Shown here piece by piece: positions 17,887 to 28,211 of a stretch of DNA of 38,085 bases. The notes under the pieces are model-generated. The model did no database searches, was not told the DNA's origin, and saw only the letters and a program-made list of their open reading frames with translations. The stretch lies in the UHGV virus genome UHGV-0010575; one strand, written 5' to 3'. How positions within the stretch are numbered: the first letter of the stretch is position 1; each line of letters begins with the position of its first letter. Both the position numbers and the translations under genes were made by a program. The stretch is from a virus.

Positions 17887-18030
17887 TTAGGATGGATTTG
17901 AGCCCATAGGGAGTGGGAACGTAACCCAGCCCCCGAGGTAGAAGAGAGCGACATCGACCATGGTGAGTTCTTCGGTATTCGAGGTTAAGCGTTTTACCGT
18001 ATTCATGAATTTTTCTGAATATTTCCTCAT
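17887..18030 (-). CDS. Small hypothetical protein (47 aa) inside inverted-repeat-bounded segment
   Basis: C-terminal part of track ORF 17887..18579 that does not overlap terS; ATG with GGGGG SD; longer track ORF judged spurious upstream of this. Confidence 0.3.
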   Translation of the reverse strand: MRKYSEKFMNTVKRLTSNTEELTMVDVALFYLGGWVTFPLPMGSNPS

Positions 18031-18165
18031 GGCAACCCCCTTGCTTTTGGCTATATCGCTAACAACTTTTACTGCTTTTGGTATCAGTGGATAAAACAAA
18101 AGTCCTACTGCTGTAATGTTTTTCACCACTTGAACGATATCGCTTCCGGCACTCCCTATGGGCTC
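17900..18165. repeat. Pair of perfect 16-bp inverted repeats (GAGCCCATAGGGAGTG / CACTCCCTATGGGCTC) flanking a 234-bp segment
   Basis: Read directly: 17900-17915 and 18150-18165 are exact reverse complements. Confidence 0.6.
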
Positions 18166-18202
18166 GTAGGGAGATAGTTTAACTAAATAAAGAGAATAAG
18201 CA

Positions 18203-18730
18203 ATGGCACTCACCGACAAACAAGAAATGTTCTGTCGCGAGTACCTCATCGATTTAAACGCCACGCAAGCGGCTATTCGGGCGGGGTACAGCGCAAAGAC
18301 AGCTAACCGTACCGCATCCGAAAACCTGTCAAAACATGACATCAAGTTAAGAATCGCCGAACTGAAAGCGCAACGCAATGATCTTGTTGGTATTAACGCA
18401 GAATATGTACTTAATCGCCTTATTGAAATCGACCAGATGGATGTGCTCGACATTCTCCTGCAAAACGGCGAGTTAAAGCCAATTAAAGACTGGCCTAAGG
18501 TATGGCGCACAACGCTATCAGGAATGGATGTCGTGGAGATGGTATCCGCAGATAGCGCCGCACTTCTGAAGAAAATCAAATGGCCTGATAAGGTTAAAAA
18601 CCTCGAACTTCTTGGTAAGCATGTTTCTGTTCAGGCGTTTAAAGAACAAGCTTCTCACGAATTAACAGGCAAAGACGGCGGCGCAATTCAGATTGAAACA
18701 TCACCGATGAGCACTCTATTTGGAAAATGA
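18203..18730 (+). CDS. terS: Terminase small subunit (Terminase_2-like)
   Basis: N-terminal MALTDKQEMFCREYLIDLNATQAAIRAGYSAKTA motif typical of this family; directly upstream of terL. Confidence 0.75.
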   Translation: MALTDKQEMFCREYLIDLNATQAAIRAGYSAKTANRTASENLSKHDIKLRIAELKAQRNDLVGINAEYVLNRLIEIDQMDVLDILLQNGELKPIKDWPKVWRTTLSGMDVVEMVSADSAALLKKIKWPDKVKNLELLGKHVSVQAFKEQASHELTGKDGGAIQIETSPMSTLFGK

Positions 18731-20142
18731 CCTCGATTAATCCTATCTTTGAACCGTTCATTGAGGCGCATCGCTACAAAGTCGCCAAAGGCGGTCGAGG
18801 TAGCGGTAAATCATGGGCAATTGCGAGGCTGCTTGTTGAAGCGGCGCGCCGACAGCCTGTGCGTATTCTCTGCGCTCGTGAACTGCAAAACAGTATCAGC
18901 GATTCGGTAATCCGGTTGCTTGAAGACACCATCGAGCGGGAAGGGTATTCGGCTGAGTTTGAAATTCAGCGTTCCATGATTCGTCATCTCGGAACGAATG
19001 CTGAATTCATGTTCTACGGCATCAAAAACAACCCGACGAAGATTAAATCGCTCGAAGGCATTGATATCTGCTGGGTGGAAGAAGCGGAAGCGGTAACGAA
19101 GGAATCATGGGATATCCTGATACCAACCATCCGTAAGCCGTTCTCTGAAATATGGGTGAGCTTTAACCCGAAGAACATACTCGACGATACCTATCAGCGA
19201 TTCGTTGTAAATCCTCCCGATGATATTTGCCTGCTGACGGTGAACTACACCGACAACCCGCACTTTCCTGAGGTTCTCCGTCTGGAGATGGAAGAGTGTA
19301 AACGCAGAAATCCGACACTGTATCGTCACATCTGGCTTGGTGAGCCAGTAAGCGCAAGTGATATGGCAATCATCAAACGTGAATGGCTTGAAGCAGCAAC
19401 CGATGCGCACAAGAAACTCGGATGGAAAGCGAAAGGCGCTGTTGTCTCTGCGCATGACCCATCAGATACAGGGCCAGATGCTAAAGGTTATGCATCGCGT
19501 CACGGTTCGGTGGTTAAGCGCATTGCCGAAGGTCTGCTGATGGACATCAACGAGGGTGCTGACTGGGCTACTTCGCTGGCGATTGAAGACGGCGCTGACC
19601 ATTACCTGTGGGATGGTGATGGTGTTGGTGCCGGGCTACGCAGACAGACAACGGAAGCGTTCTCCGGCAAGAAAATCACCGCCACGATGTTCAAGGGCAG
19701 CGAATCGCCATTCGATGAAGATGCACCGTATCAGGCCGGAGCATGGGCTGATGAAGTCGTACAGGGCGACAACGTTCGCACTATTGGCGATGTGTTCCGC
19801 AATAAGCGAGCGCAATTCTATTACGCGCTGGCTGACAGGCTGTATCTGACATATCGGGCGGTTGTCCACGGTGAGTATGCAGACCCCGACGACATGCTGA
19901 GTTTCGACAAAGAAGCGATAGGCGAGAAGATGCTGGAGAAGCTGTTTGCAGAACTGACGCAGATTCAGCGCAAATTCAATAATAACGGGAAGCTGGAGCT
20001 TATGACTAAGGTCGAAATGAAGCAGAAGCTCGGTATTCCATCTCCTAACCTGGCTGATGCGTTGATGATGTGTATGCATTGCCCGGAGTCGGCTGCGCAA
20101 CCCGACTATTCCAGTTACTCAATTCCTTGTGGTGTAGGTTGA
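18727..20142 (+). CDS. terL: Terminase large subunit
   Basis: 471 aa with Walker A-like GGRGSGKS and nuclease-domain acidic residues; overlaps terS stop. Confidence 0.85.
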   Translation: MTSINPIFEPFIEAHRYKVAKGGRGSGKSWAIARLLVEAARRQPVRILCARELQNSISDSVIRLLEDTIEREGYSAEFEIQRSMIRHLGTNAEFMFYGIKNNPTKIKSLEGIDICWVEEAEAVTKESWDILIPTIRKPFSEIWVSFNPKNILDDTYQRFVVNPPDDICLLTVNYTDNPHFPEVLRLEMEECKRRNPTLYRHIWLGEPVSASDMAIIKREWLEAATDAHKKLGWKAKGAVVSAHDPSDTGPDAKGYASRHGSVVKRIAEGLLMDINEGADWATSLAIEDGADHYLWDGDGVGAGLRRQTTEAFSGKKITATMFKGSESPFDEDAPYQAGAWADEVVQGDNVRTIGDVFRNKRAQFYYALADRLYLTYRAVVHGEYADPDDMLSFDKEAIGEKMLEKLFAELTQIQRKFNNNGKLELMTKVEMKQKLGIPSPNLADALMMCMHCPESAAQPDYSSYSIPCGVG

Positions 20143-20143
20143 T

Positions 20144-22342
20144 ATGGCAGAAAAAAAGATGACTGACTGGCATCGCAAGGTGCTGTGCAACTTTGATAAT
20201 GCCTGGTCAGCAACGCAGGATATGCGTGAGCAGATTATAGAAGCTCAACGCTTCGTCAGGGTGTCCGGCGCACAGTGGGAAGGCAGCACAAACGCTGGTT
20301 ACTCATTTGATGAAGGCAGGTTTGAGCATTATCCGCGCTTTGAACTGAATAAGATTGCCCGTGAATGTGATCGCATCATTGGCGAGTATCGACAGAATCG
20401 CATCAGCGTTAAATTCAGACCGAAGGACGATAAGGCATCGGAAGCGTTAGCCGAAAAGATGAACGGCAAATTCCGCGCTGATTATCAGGAAACATCCGGT
20501 GGCGAAGCGTGTGATAACGCATTTGATGATGCTGTAACGGGCGGATTCGGTTGTTTCCGCATGTGTGCCGATTACGAAGATGAAATGGATCCGAGTAACG
20601 AGCAGCGACGCATCAGCCTTCTTCCTGTTTACGACCCAGCGACATGCGTCTTCTTCGATCAGGACAGCAAGCAATATGACCGCTCTGATGCTATGTGGGC
20701 TATGGAAATGTTCTCCATGACGCCTAAAGCGTTCGAGGCTGAATACCCTGATTCCATCGCGGCAAGCCTTTCTCGTGATGACACTGGCACTCAATATGAC
20801 TGGTCAACTCCTGATGCTATCTATGTTGGTCGCTACTACGAAGTTCGCATAGAGAAGGTGAAGCTCACAGCATGGCGTAACCCTGTTAGCGGAGAAACGG
20901 CAATCTATGATGAAGATCAAATCAAAGATATTGTCGACGAGCTGACCGATGGCGCATTCGAACTGATTGGCGAGCGGACAGTGAAGAAACGCCGCGTTTA
21001 TTGCGGTCTTCTGTCTGGCGCTGAATGGCTGGAAGAACCGAAGCGTATTCCGGGTGAACATATTCCTCTCATCCCGGTATATGGGCGTCGCTCATTTGTT
21101 GATAATCAGGAGCGAATCGAAGGCCACGCTGCAAAAGCGATGGATGCACAGCGTCTTGAGAACCTGATGGTTTCCATGATTGCAGATAACGCCACTCAGG
21201 CTGGCGGCGATGGCATTCCTGTAGTTGATGTTGACATGATTCCTGGTCCTCTTGCCACTCATTGGGCGGAGCGCAACAAAAAGCGCCCGGCGTTCCTGCC
21301 GATGGTCAGTCTGAAAAACAAAAACGGAGATATTACTGCGCAGGCTCAGGTCAGCAGTTATACGCCTCCGACACAAATGCCGCCAGCTCTTGCCGGGCTA
21401 TTGCAGTACACCGGAACGGCTATTCAGCAAATTACAGGTGCGTCGCAGCTTGAGAACATGCCGAGCAACGTCGCCACCGATACCGTTGATAGCATCTTTA
21501 ACAGGATGGACACGCAGTCCTATATCTACATGGACAACATGGCTAAATCCATGCGCCGCGCTGGCGTTGTGTGGCTTTCTATGGCGCGTGAGGTCTATGG
21601 CAGCGATACGCCAATGCGCATCGTTAATGAGGACGGCAGCGATGACGTGGCGCTGATGACTGGTGAAGTGATTGACCGTCAGACAGGGCAGGTTATCGCG
21701 CTTAACGACCTTTCGCAGGGTAACTATGAAGTGACTGTCGATGTTGGTCAGTCGTTCGCTACTCGCCGTGATGCAACGGTTAAGTCGTTACTTTCCATGC
21801 TGGCACTTATCCCGCCAGGAACGCCGAAGCATGACCTTGTATCGTCGATGATTCTCGACAATATGGACGGCGAAGGGATGGACGACCTGAAAGAATACAA
21901 CCGCAATCAGTTGCTTCTGTCTGGCGTTATCAAGCCGAGAACGCCTGAAGAACAGCAGATGGTTGAACAGGCGAAACAACAACAGGCCAGTCAGCCAGAT
22001 CCGGCTATGGTTGCAGCGCAAGGTCAGCTTCTTGCTGGTCAGGCTGAATTGCAGAAAGCGCAGAACGAACAGGCAGCCATTCAGGTTAAAGCATTCCAGG
22101 CACAGACTGATGCTCAGGTTGCAGCGGCAAACGTTGTGAAAATCCTCGCATCTGCCGATAGCCAGCAGAAATCTGATATCCGCGAGGCTCTGAAACTGCT
22201 CGGACAGTTCCAGCAACAGCAAGGAGACAATGCCCGTGCTGATGCAGAGCTTGTCCTGAAAAGTCAGGCACAGGGACATGCGCAGCGCATGGACATCAGC
22301 AGCATCCTGCAAAAATCAACTCAGCAACAACCACAGCAGTAA
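20144..22342 (+). CDS. Portal protein (P22 gp1-like)
   Basis: 732 aa, position after terL, Gln-rich C-terminal barrel-like tail. Confidence 0.8.
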   Translation: MAEKKMTDWHRKVLCNFDNAWSATQDMREQIIEAQRFVRVSGAQWEGSTNAGYSFDEGRFEHYPRFELNKIARECDRIIGEYRQNRISVKFRPKDDKASEALAEKMNGKFRADYQETSGGEACDNAFDDAVTGGFGCFRMCADYEDEMDPSNEQRRISLLPVYDPATCVFFDQDSKQYDRSDAMWAMEMFSMTPKAFEAEYPDSIAASLSRDDTGTQYDWSTPDAIYVGRYYEVRIEKVKLTAWRNPVSGETAIYDEDQIKDIVDELTDGAFELIGERTVKKRRVYCGLLSGAEWLEEPKRIPGEHIPLIPVYGRRSFVDNQERIEGHAAKAMDAQRLENLMVSMIADNATQAGGDGIPVVDVDMIPGPLATHWAERNKKRPAFLPMVSLKNKNGDITAQAQVSSYTPPTQMPPALAGLLQYTGTAIQQITGASQLENMPSNVATDTVDSIFNRMDTQSYIYMDNMAKSMRRAGVVWLSMAREVYGSDTPMRIVNEDGSDDVALMTGEVIDRQTGQVIALNDLSQGNYEVTVDVGQSFATRRDATVKSLLSMLALIPPGTPKHDLVSSMILDNMDGEGMDDLKEYNRNQLLLSGVIKPRTPEEQQMVEQAKQQQASQPDPAMVAAQGQLLAGQAELQKAQNEQAAIQVKAFQAQTDAQVAAANVVKILASADSQQKSDIREALKLLGQFQQQQGDNARADAELVLKSQAQGHAQRMDISSILQKSTQQQPQQ

Positions 22343-22432
22343 TTAACCCATAACGTGCAATGGCTGTCTTTATGAGGCCTGGCACCCTATTGCCTTCCGA
22401 TGGGCTGAACATCGAGTAAACAGGGGTAACAA

Positions 22433-23326
22433 ATGGACCAGATGGCAGAAAACACACCAGAAGTTGAAATCGAAACCGACGCGTCAGAGCAGATTCCTGA
22501 TGATGTCGAACTGGCTGAAGAAGTCGAAACAGAAGATGGCAGTGAGTCCTCCGGCAATGATGCAGAGGAAGCTACTGAAACTGATGACGACGAATCAGAA
22601 CAGGAATTCTACTTTGGTGACGAAAAGCTGGATTCGCCAACCAGTGAAGATAGCGCAGAGCATGGACTGGTAAAACACCTGCGCAAGACGATTAAAGAGA
22701 AAGACCGCGAGCTGAAAGAGCTGATGCGTCAGTCTCAGAAACCCGTCGAGCAGCAGCCGGTAATCACTCAACCACCGCGAATGCCAAAACTGGATGATGA
22801 GGACATCGGTTTCGATGAAGAAATCTATCAGCAACGCATGGCTAAGTGGGCAGAGGATAACGGCAAGTACCAGGAGCAAATACGAGAGCGGAAACGAGAG
22901 GAAGAGGCGCGTACCGCAACGCTTCAGCAGAAAGCAGCCAATTACATGCATAGAGTAAAAGCACTGAAAGTGGCTGGCTACCAAGATGCAGAGCAGGCTG
23001 TACGCGAAGATGTTCCTGTTCACATTCAGGACATGATCCTTCTTGAGTCAGAGAAGCCGGAAATCGTTGTTCTGGCACTCGGCCGCAACGCTGAACTGCG
23101 CAAGCAACTGGCAGAAGCTACCAACCCCGTAGCAATTGGTCGTCTGCTGGAACGTATCGAATCTAAGGCCAGAATCATGCCAAAAGCAAAAACCACGGCA
23201 GCCACAACCCCGACAGTTAAGGGGAGCAACGGCGCAGTAATCAATAACCTCGACAAACTGAAAGCCAAGGCGCTGGAAACTGGTGACTGGACGCCGTATT
23301 TCGCCGCTAAAAAGGCAAAAAAATAA
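22433..23326 (+). CDS. Scaffolding protein (P22 gp8-like)
   Basis: 297 aa, acidic N-terminus, helical and charged, between portal and coat. Confidence 0.7.
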   Translation: MDQMAENTPEVEIETDASEQIPDDVELAEEVETEDGSESSGNDAEEATETDDDESEQEFYFGDEKLDSPTSEDSAEHGLVKHLRKTIKEKDRELKELMRQSQKPVEQQPVITQPPRMPKLDDEDIGFDEEIYQQRMAKWAEDNGKYQEQIRERKREEEARTATLQQKAANYMHRVKALKVAGYQDAEQAVREDVPVHIQDMILLESEKPEIVVLALGRNAELRKQLAEATNPVAIGRLLERIESKARIMPKAKTTAATTPTVKGSNGAVINNLDKLKAKALETGDWTPYFAAKKAKK

Positions 23327-23344
23327 CCTATCGGAGCATTAAGC

Positions 23345-24598
23345 ATGGCTAACCAATTAGCAAAAGACCTTGAAATCATGTTCGAAAACTACGTTGAAGG
23401 CTTTGAGGCCGCCTGCGTAGTTTCCCGTAACGCTAAAAAATTCCGTCCCGGTGATACAGCAATGCAGCGAGCAGGTGATGTTCTGTATCGTCCGCAGCAT
23501 TACCACATGAACATTGAGGAAGGCCTCGACCTCAGCAGCAAAACGCCAACAGCACTGGTTCAGCGCCTTGTTCCTTCTGTGTTCAAGGAGCCGAAAAACA
23601 TTCTGTACACTCTGGATGCGCGTGAAATGCGTGACCCGGAACATAAAACTGAAGCTGGTCGCGCCGCAGGTATGCGCCTTGCTGCACAGATTGACTCTGA
23701 CCTGATTTCCATGGTCACGCAGCGTGCTACTAACGTGATCACAATGGCTGACTCAACCACTGGTTCACAGGGCCGTGATTTGTGGAACTGTGCGGCAGGC
23801 ATTGATGCCACCATGACGGCGATTGGTGTACCACAGGGTATCAACCGCCGCTCTTTCTGGAACCCCTTCAACTACAAAGACCTTGCTGGCGAGCTTGGTC
23901 ACCGTGCCTATGCTCAGGGCGCAACCCTGACAGCATACGAAAAAGCGCAGATCCCTCCTGTTGCGTCCTTCGATAGCTACAAGACCGATATTTCTGGTCG
24001 TGTTCCGAAGGGTACAGCAACTTCCCTGACGCTGGCGGCTGAACCTGCGCACAAGGTTGAAGCGAAAGATGCCAACGATATGCCAGTGGATAACCGACAG
24101 GGGACTATTACGGTATCTGCATCTGGGTTGCAGGTTGGCGATGCGTTCACCATTGCTGGCGTGAATTCTGTACACCAGATCACCAAAGACACCACCGGGC
24201 AGCCGCAGGTATTCCGCGTTCTGGCAGTAAGCGGAACGACAGTAACTATCTCCCCGAAAATTCTGCCGCCTGACAACGCAGATGTCGCCAGCCGTCCATA
24301 TGCAAACGTTGATGCTAACGCGGCAAATGGTGCAGCAATTACCATTCTCAACAAAAATGCCGCACCGGCTAACCTGTTCTGGGCTGATGGTTCTGTTGAA
24401 CTGATGTACGGCAAACTGGCGTTCCCGACTGGTCAGGGTCCACAGGTAATGACAGCAACCACCGAGCAGGGCGCTACGCTGATCATGTCTTACGCCTTCG
24501 ACCATATCAAAGGCGTAACCACTGCGCGTTTCACCACTCTGTACGGTTGCTCTGTACTGGTTCCTGAATATACGGGCATCGTTATTGCCGGGCAGTAA
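23345..24598 (+). CDS. Major capsid (coat) protein, P22 gp5-like
   Basis: 417 aa; N-terminal region and C-terminal FWADGS... segment resemble P22 coat (recall). Confidence 0.8.
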   Translation: MANQLAKDLEIMFENYVEGFEAACVVSRNAKKFRPGDTAMQRAGDVLYRPQHYHMNIEEGLDLSSKTPTALVQRLVPSVFKEPKNILYTLDAREMRDPEHKTEAGRAAGMRLAAQIDSDLISMVTQRATNVITMADSTTGSQGRDLWNCAAGIDATMTAIGVPQGINRRSFWNPFNYKDLAGELGHRAYAQGATLTAYEKAQIPPVASFDSYKTDISGRVPKGTATSLTLAAEPAHKVEAKDANDMPVDNRQGTITVSASGLQVGDAFTIAGVNSVHQITKDTTGQPQVFRVLAVSGTTVTISPKILPPDNADVASRPYANVDANAANGAAITILNKNAAPANLFWADGSVELMYGKLAFPTGQGPQVMTATTEQGATLIMSYAFDHIKGVTTARFTTLYGCSVLVPEYTGIVIAGQ

Positions 24599-24602
24599 TT
24601 TT

Positions 24603-24628
24603 AGTGGGGCTTCGGCCCCATTTTTATT
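24603..24628 (+). terminator. Rho-independent terminator after coat gene (UGGGGC-UUCG-GCCCCA + U5)
   Basis: Perfect 6-bp G/C stem with UUCG tetraloop and T-run. Confidence 0.65.
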
Positions 24629-24639
24629 GGGAGAAGACA

Positions 24640-24828
24640 ATGGCACGAACAATGCTCTATAAGCCTGGCAACATGATCACCTGTGGTCAGTTTGCTGTCG
24701 ATTACATCATTGTTGATGACGAAGAAGTTAAATCTCACCTGAAAAAAGGCTGGGTAAAAACCCCTGAAGAAACCGCAACGAAGCAAAAAGTGGCTAAGGC
24801 GGAAGAAGATGGCGAAAACGAAGGGTGA
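24640..24828 (+). CDS. Small hypothetical protein (62 aa)
   Basis: Internal ATG of track ORF with GGGAGA SD. Confidence 0.4.
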   Translation: MARTMLYKPGNMITCGQFAVDYIIVDDEEVKSHLKKGWVKTPEETATKQKVAKAEEDGENEG

Positions 24829-25270
24829 TCTCGTTCTTAAGGCTTTACGAAAAGCCGGGCTGTATTCCAATGCCACGTTGATAGATGCTGACCCTCAGGC
24901 AATTGAAGATGCCATTAATGACCTCGAAGACATGATGGCAGCATGGCAGGAGAAAGGTATCGAGCTTGGGTATCAGTTTGCTGATACAGAAAACGGCATC
25001 ATGCCGTTACCTGACGATGATTCAGGTATCCCTGCATGGGCAAATGATGGCGTCGCTTTGAAACTCGCTGTGCAAGTGTGCATGGATAACGTCATTCAGC
25101 CGTCAGACGCTCTCCTTACCGCTGCTGACAGTGCATATCAAACAATCTGTATCGCTTTAACCAAAATACCACCACTTGAGCGGCGAAATGACATGCCTCG
25201 CGGTAGTGGTAACAAAAGCGCGTTTACGTGGAATCGGTTTTACATCGAGAAAGATGATTCGAGTACGTGA
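24809..25270 (+). CDS. Head-to-tail adaptor (P22 gp4-like)
   Basis: N-terminus MAKTKGDLVLKALRKAG... resembles P22 gp4 (recall). Confidence 0.65.
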   Translation: MAKTKGDLVLKALRKAGLYSNATLIDADPQAIEDAINDLEDMMAAWQEKGIELGYQFADTENGIMPLPDDDSGIPAWANDGVALKLAVQVCMDNVIQPSDALLTAADSAYQTICIALTKIPPLERRNDMPRGSGNKSAFTWNRFYIEKDDSST

Positions 25271-25279
25271 GGTGAATAA

Positions 25280-26698
25280 ATGCCAATTCAGCAACTTCCG
25301 CTTATGAAAGGTGTCGGCAAAGACTTTCGAAACGCCGACTATATCGACTATCTGCCAGTGAATATGTTGGCTACACCCAAAGAAATCCTCAACAGCAGCG
25401 GATATCTTCGCTCATTCCCGGGCATTGCCAAACGCTCTGATGTAAACGGCGTATCGCGCGGCGTCGAGTACAACATGGCGCAGAATGCTGTTTATCGTGT
25501 GTGTGGCGGCAAGCTCTACAAAGGCGAAAGCGAAGTCGGTGATGTCGCCGGAAGTGGTCGTGTATCAATGGCGCATGGTCGGACATCACAGGCGGTAGGC
25601 GTTAATGGTCGACTGGTCGAGTATCGCTATGATGGCACGGTTAAAACAGTCTCAAACTGGCCTACAGACAGCGGATTCACTCAGTATGAGTTAGGTTCAG
25701 TCCGCGATATTACGCGCTTACGTGGGCGTTATGCGTGGTCAAAAGACGGAACTGATTCATGGTTTATCACTGACCTTGAAGACGAATCACATCCTGACCG
25801 TTACAGCGCACAATATCGTGCCGAGTCTCAGCCTGACGGCATCATCGGCATCGGAACATGGCGAGACTTCATCGTCTGCTTTGGCTCATCGACGATTGAA
25901 TATTTCTCCCTGACGGGCGCAACCACTGTTGGTGCCGCTTTGTATGTCGCCCAGCCATCGTTGATGGTGCAAAAAGGAATCGCCGGAACTTACTGCAAAA
26001 CGCCATTCGCTGATTCCTATGCGTTCATCAGCAATCCGGCAACAGGTGCGCCGTCTGTTTACATCATCGGCTCCGGTCAGGTATCACCAATCGCCAGCGC
26101 GAGCATTGAGAAAATCCTCCGCTCCTACACTGCTGATGAACTGGCTGATGGCGTGATGGAGTCTCTGCGATTTGATGCGCATGAGTTGCTGATTATCCAC
26201 CTTCCACGCCATGTTCTCGTGTACGACGCATCTTCAAGCGCCAATGGTCCGCAATGGTGTGTGTTGAAAACTGGCTTGTATGACGATGTGTACCGCGCTA
26301 TCGACTTCATTTACGAAGGCAATCAGATAACGTGCGGCGATAAGCTGGAATCCGTGACCGGGAAACTGCAGTTCGATATCAGCAGCCAGTACGACAAGCA
26401 GCAGGAACATATTTTATATTCTCCTTTAATAAAGGCAGATAACGTTTTAATAAATGACCTTGAATTAGAAACATCTGGCGGCGTGTGTGATAGAATAGAT
26501 AGAATATTTATATCAGCAACTACAGATGGAATTAATTACGGTCGTGAGCAAATGGTCGTATTACAAAAACCATTTGTATATGACAATCGCGTTTTATGGC
26601 GAAAAGTTGGTCGAGTTAGACGCCTCATTGGATTTAAATTCAGAGTTATTGCAAAAGGTCCTGTTACATTATCAGGCCTTTCTATTCGTGTAACATAA
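25280..26698 (+). CDS. Tail hub / DNA stabilisation protein (P22 gp10-like)
   Basis: 472 aa, same length and position as P22 gp10; last ~100 codons are markedly AT-rich. Confidence 0.7.
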   Translation: MPIQQLPLMKGVGKDFRNADYIDYLPVNMLATPKEILNSSGYLRSFPGIAKRSDVNGVSRGVEYNMAQNAVYRVCGGKLYKGESEVGDVAGSGRVSMAHGRTSQAVGVNGRLVEYRYDGTVKTVSNWPTDSGFTQYELGSVRDITRLRGRYAWSKDGTDSWFITDLEDESHPDRYSAQYRAESQPDGIIGIGTWRDFIVCFGSSTIEYFSLTGATTVGAALYVAQPSLMVQKGIAGTYCKTPFADSYAFISNPATGAPSVYIIGSGQVSPIASASIEKILRSYTADELADGVMESLRFDAHELLIIHLPRHVLVYDASSSANGPQWCVLKTGLYDDVYRAIDFIYEGNQITCGDKLESVTGKLQFDISSQYDKQQEHILYSPLIKADNVLINDLELETSGGVCDRIDRIFISATTDGINYGREQMVVLQKPFVYDNRVLWRKVGRVRRLIGFKFRVIAKGPVTLSGLSIRVT

Positions 26699-26719
26699 AT
26701 CGAAACTAAAGGAGTAGAT

Positions 26720-27265
26720 ATGTTGAGTGAAAACGCAAAAGATATTCCTGGATATGAAGGTTTATATGCCGTAACAGAGGATGGGCGAGTATATTCTCAC
26801 TCACGTGTTGTTAAGGCTGCGCATGGCAGCACGCAACTCAGAAAGGGTCGGTGGCTAAAACAACACGAGAATAATAAAGGTTATCTATATTTGCCACTTA
26901 GTGTTGATGGAGTTAAAGTAAAATGGCTTGTGCATAGGCTTGTCGCTCTTGCTTTCGTCCCCAATCCAGAAGGCAAGCCGTTCATAAATCACATAGATAA
27001 CAACCGAAAAAATAATAATGCTTCTAATTTAGAGTGGTGTACTCAAAAGGAGAATATGAAGCATTGCTCATCTCAAGGCAGGGTGAAGTTTCCGGCTTTA
27101 AAAGGAGAAAATAATCCAATTTCAAAGCTCTCATATGAGCAAGTAATAGAAATAAAGAAATCAAAGGGAGTTAATCAAAGAGAGCTTGCTAAAAAATACT
27201 GTGTCAGTCAGACGGTGATTCACAATATCCAGTCTGGTAAATCGTGGAGGCATGTTAATGGCTGA
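26720..27265 (+). CDS. HNH homing endonuclease (NUMOD4 + HNH motifs)
   Basis: [18 protein letters not shown] (NUMOD4-like) and HRLVALAF...[11 protein letters not shown]...NLEW (HNH); AGGAG SD; AT-rich. Confidence 0.8.
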   Translation: MLSENAKDIPGYEGLYAVTEDGRVYSHSRVVKAAHGSTQLRKGRWLKQHENNKGYLYLPLSVDGVKVKWLVHRLVALAFVPNPEGKPFINHIDNNRKNNNASNLEWCTQKENMKHCSSQGRVKFPALKGENNPISKLSYEQVIEIKKSKGVNQRELAKKYCVSQTVIHNIQSGKSWRHVNG

Positions 27266-28211
27266 TTCGAATCTCAATGAGCCGGTAATCATCCAGGCTA
27301 CGCGGCTCGACACATCAGTCCTTCCGCGCAATATCTTCTCGCAGTCATATCTGCTGTACGTTATCGCACAGGGCACTGATGTTGGTAACGTGGCTAACAA
27401 GGCCAACGAAGCAGGGAAGGGGGCTTATGATGCACAGGTGAAGAATGATGAGCAGGATGTCACCCTTGCAGACCATGAGTCCAGAATTGAAGCTGCTGAA
27501 GCAACTCTCATCAATCATGAACATAGAATCGCAGCAGCGGAAAGCACTCTTGCAGATCATGAAACAAGGATTACGGCTGCTGAAACAGAGCTGGCTGATC
27601 ACGAGACGCGAATTGCTGCCAATGAATCTGAGTTAGCAAACCATGATGCGCGCATAACTCAGAATGCAACAGATATCGACGCACTGGATACCAGGCTAAC
27701 AGCGGCTGAAGGAAGCATTTCGACGCTTCAAAGCACAGTTGGTGATCACTCAACAAGAATATCTGCGCTTGAGTATGTCACAACGCGCAAGAAGTCAGAG
27801 GTCGTTTACTCAGGAGTATCGGTAACCATTCCAACAGCGCCGACCAACCTTGTTAGCCTGCTGAAAACGCTCACGCCGTCATCCGGGACGTTGGCACCAT
27901 TCTTCGACACCGTTAACAACAAGATGGTTGTTTTCAACGACAACAAAACCCTGTTCTTCAAGCTGTCGATTGTCGGGACGTGGCCCAGCGGAACCGCCAA
28001 CAGGTCAATGCAGCTAACCTTTTCCGGCTCTGTTCCTGACACGTTGGTAAGCAGTCGTAACTCGGCGACAACAACCGATAACATCCTGTTAGCTACGTTC
28101 TTCAGCGTGGATAAAGACGGCTTTCTTGCCACAAATGGCAGCACGTTAACCATTCAGTCAAATGGTGCGGCGTTTACTGCCACAACCATCAAGATAATCG
28201 CGGAGCAGTGA
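27258..28211 (+). CDS. Tail needle (P22 gp26-like) with C-terminal knob extension
   Basis: N-terminus [43 protein letters not shown] almost identical in pattern to P22 gp26; ADHETRI heptad repeats; extra ~130-aa C-terminal domain. Confidence 0.8.
   Translation: MADSNLNEPVIIQATRLDTSVLPRNIFSQSYLLYVIAQGTDVGNVANKANEAGKGAYDAQVKNDEQDVTLADHESRIEAAEATLINHEHRIAAAESTLADHETRITAAETELADHETRIAANESELANHDARITQNATDIDALDTRLTAAEGSISTLQSTVGDHSTRISALEYVTTRKKSEVVYSGVSVTIPTAPTNLVSLLKTLTPSSGTLAPFFDTVNNKMVVFNDNKTLFFKLSIVGTWPSGTANRSMQLTFSGSVPDTLVSSRNSATTTDNILLATFFSVDKDGFLATNGSTLTIQSNGAAFTATTIKIIAEQ

Noticed and set aside
17887-18579. 230-aa minus-strand ORF in the track
   Set aside because: Its upper two-thirds overlap terS (18203-18730) on the opposite strand; only the distal 47-aa part (17887-18030) with its own SD is plausibly coding.
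19636-24652. Multiple long antisense ORFs inside terL, portal, scaffold and coat genes (e.g. 19636-20100, 21788-22312, 22595-23023, 23765-24652)
   Set aside because: They are fully embedded antisense to well-supported structural genes, lack SD sequences and have biased Arg/Cys/Ser-rich composition typical of spurious frames.
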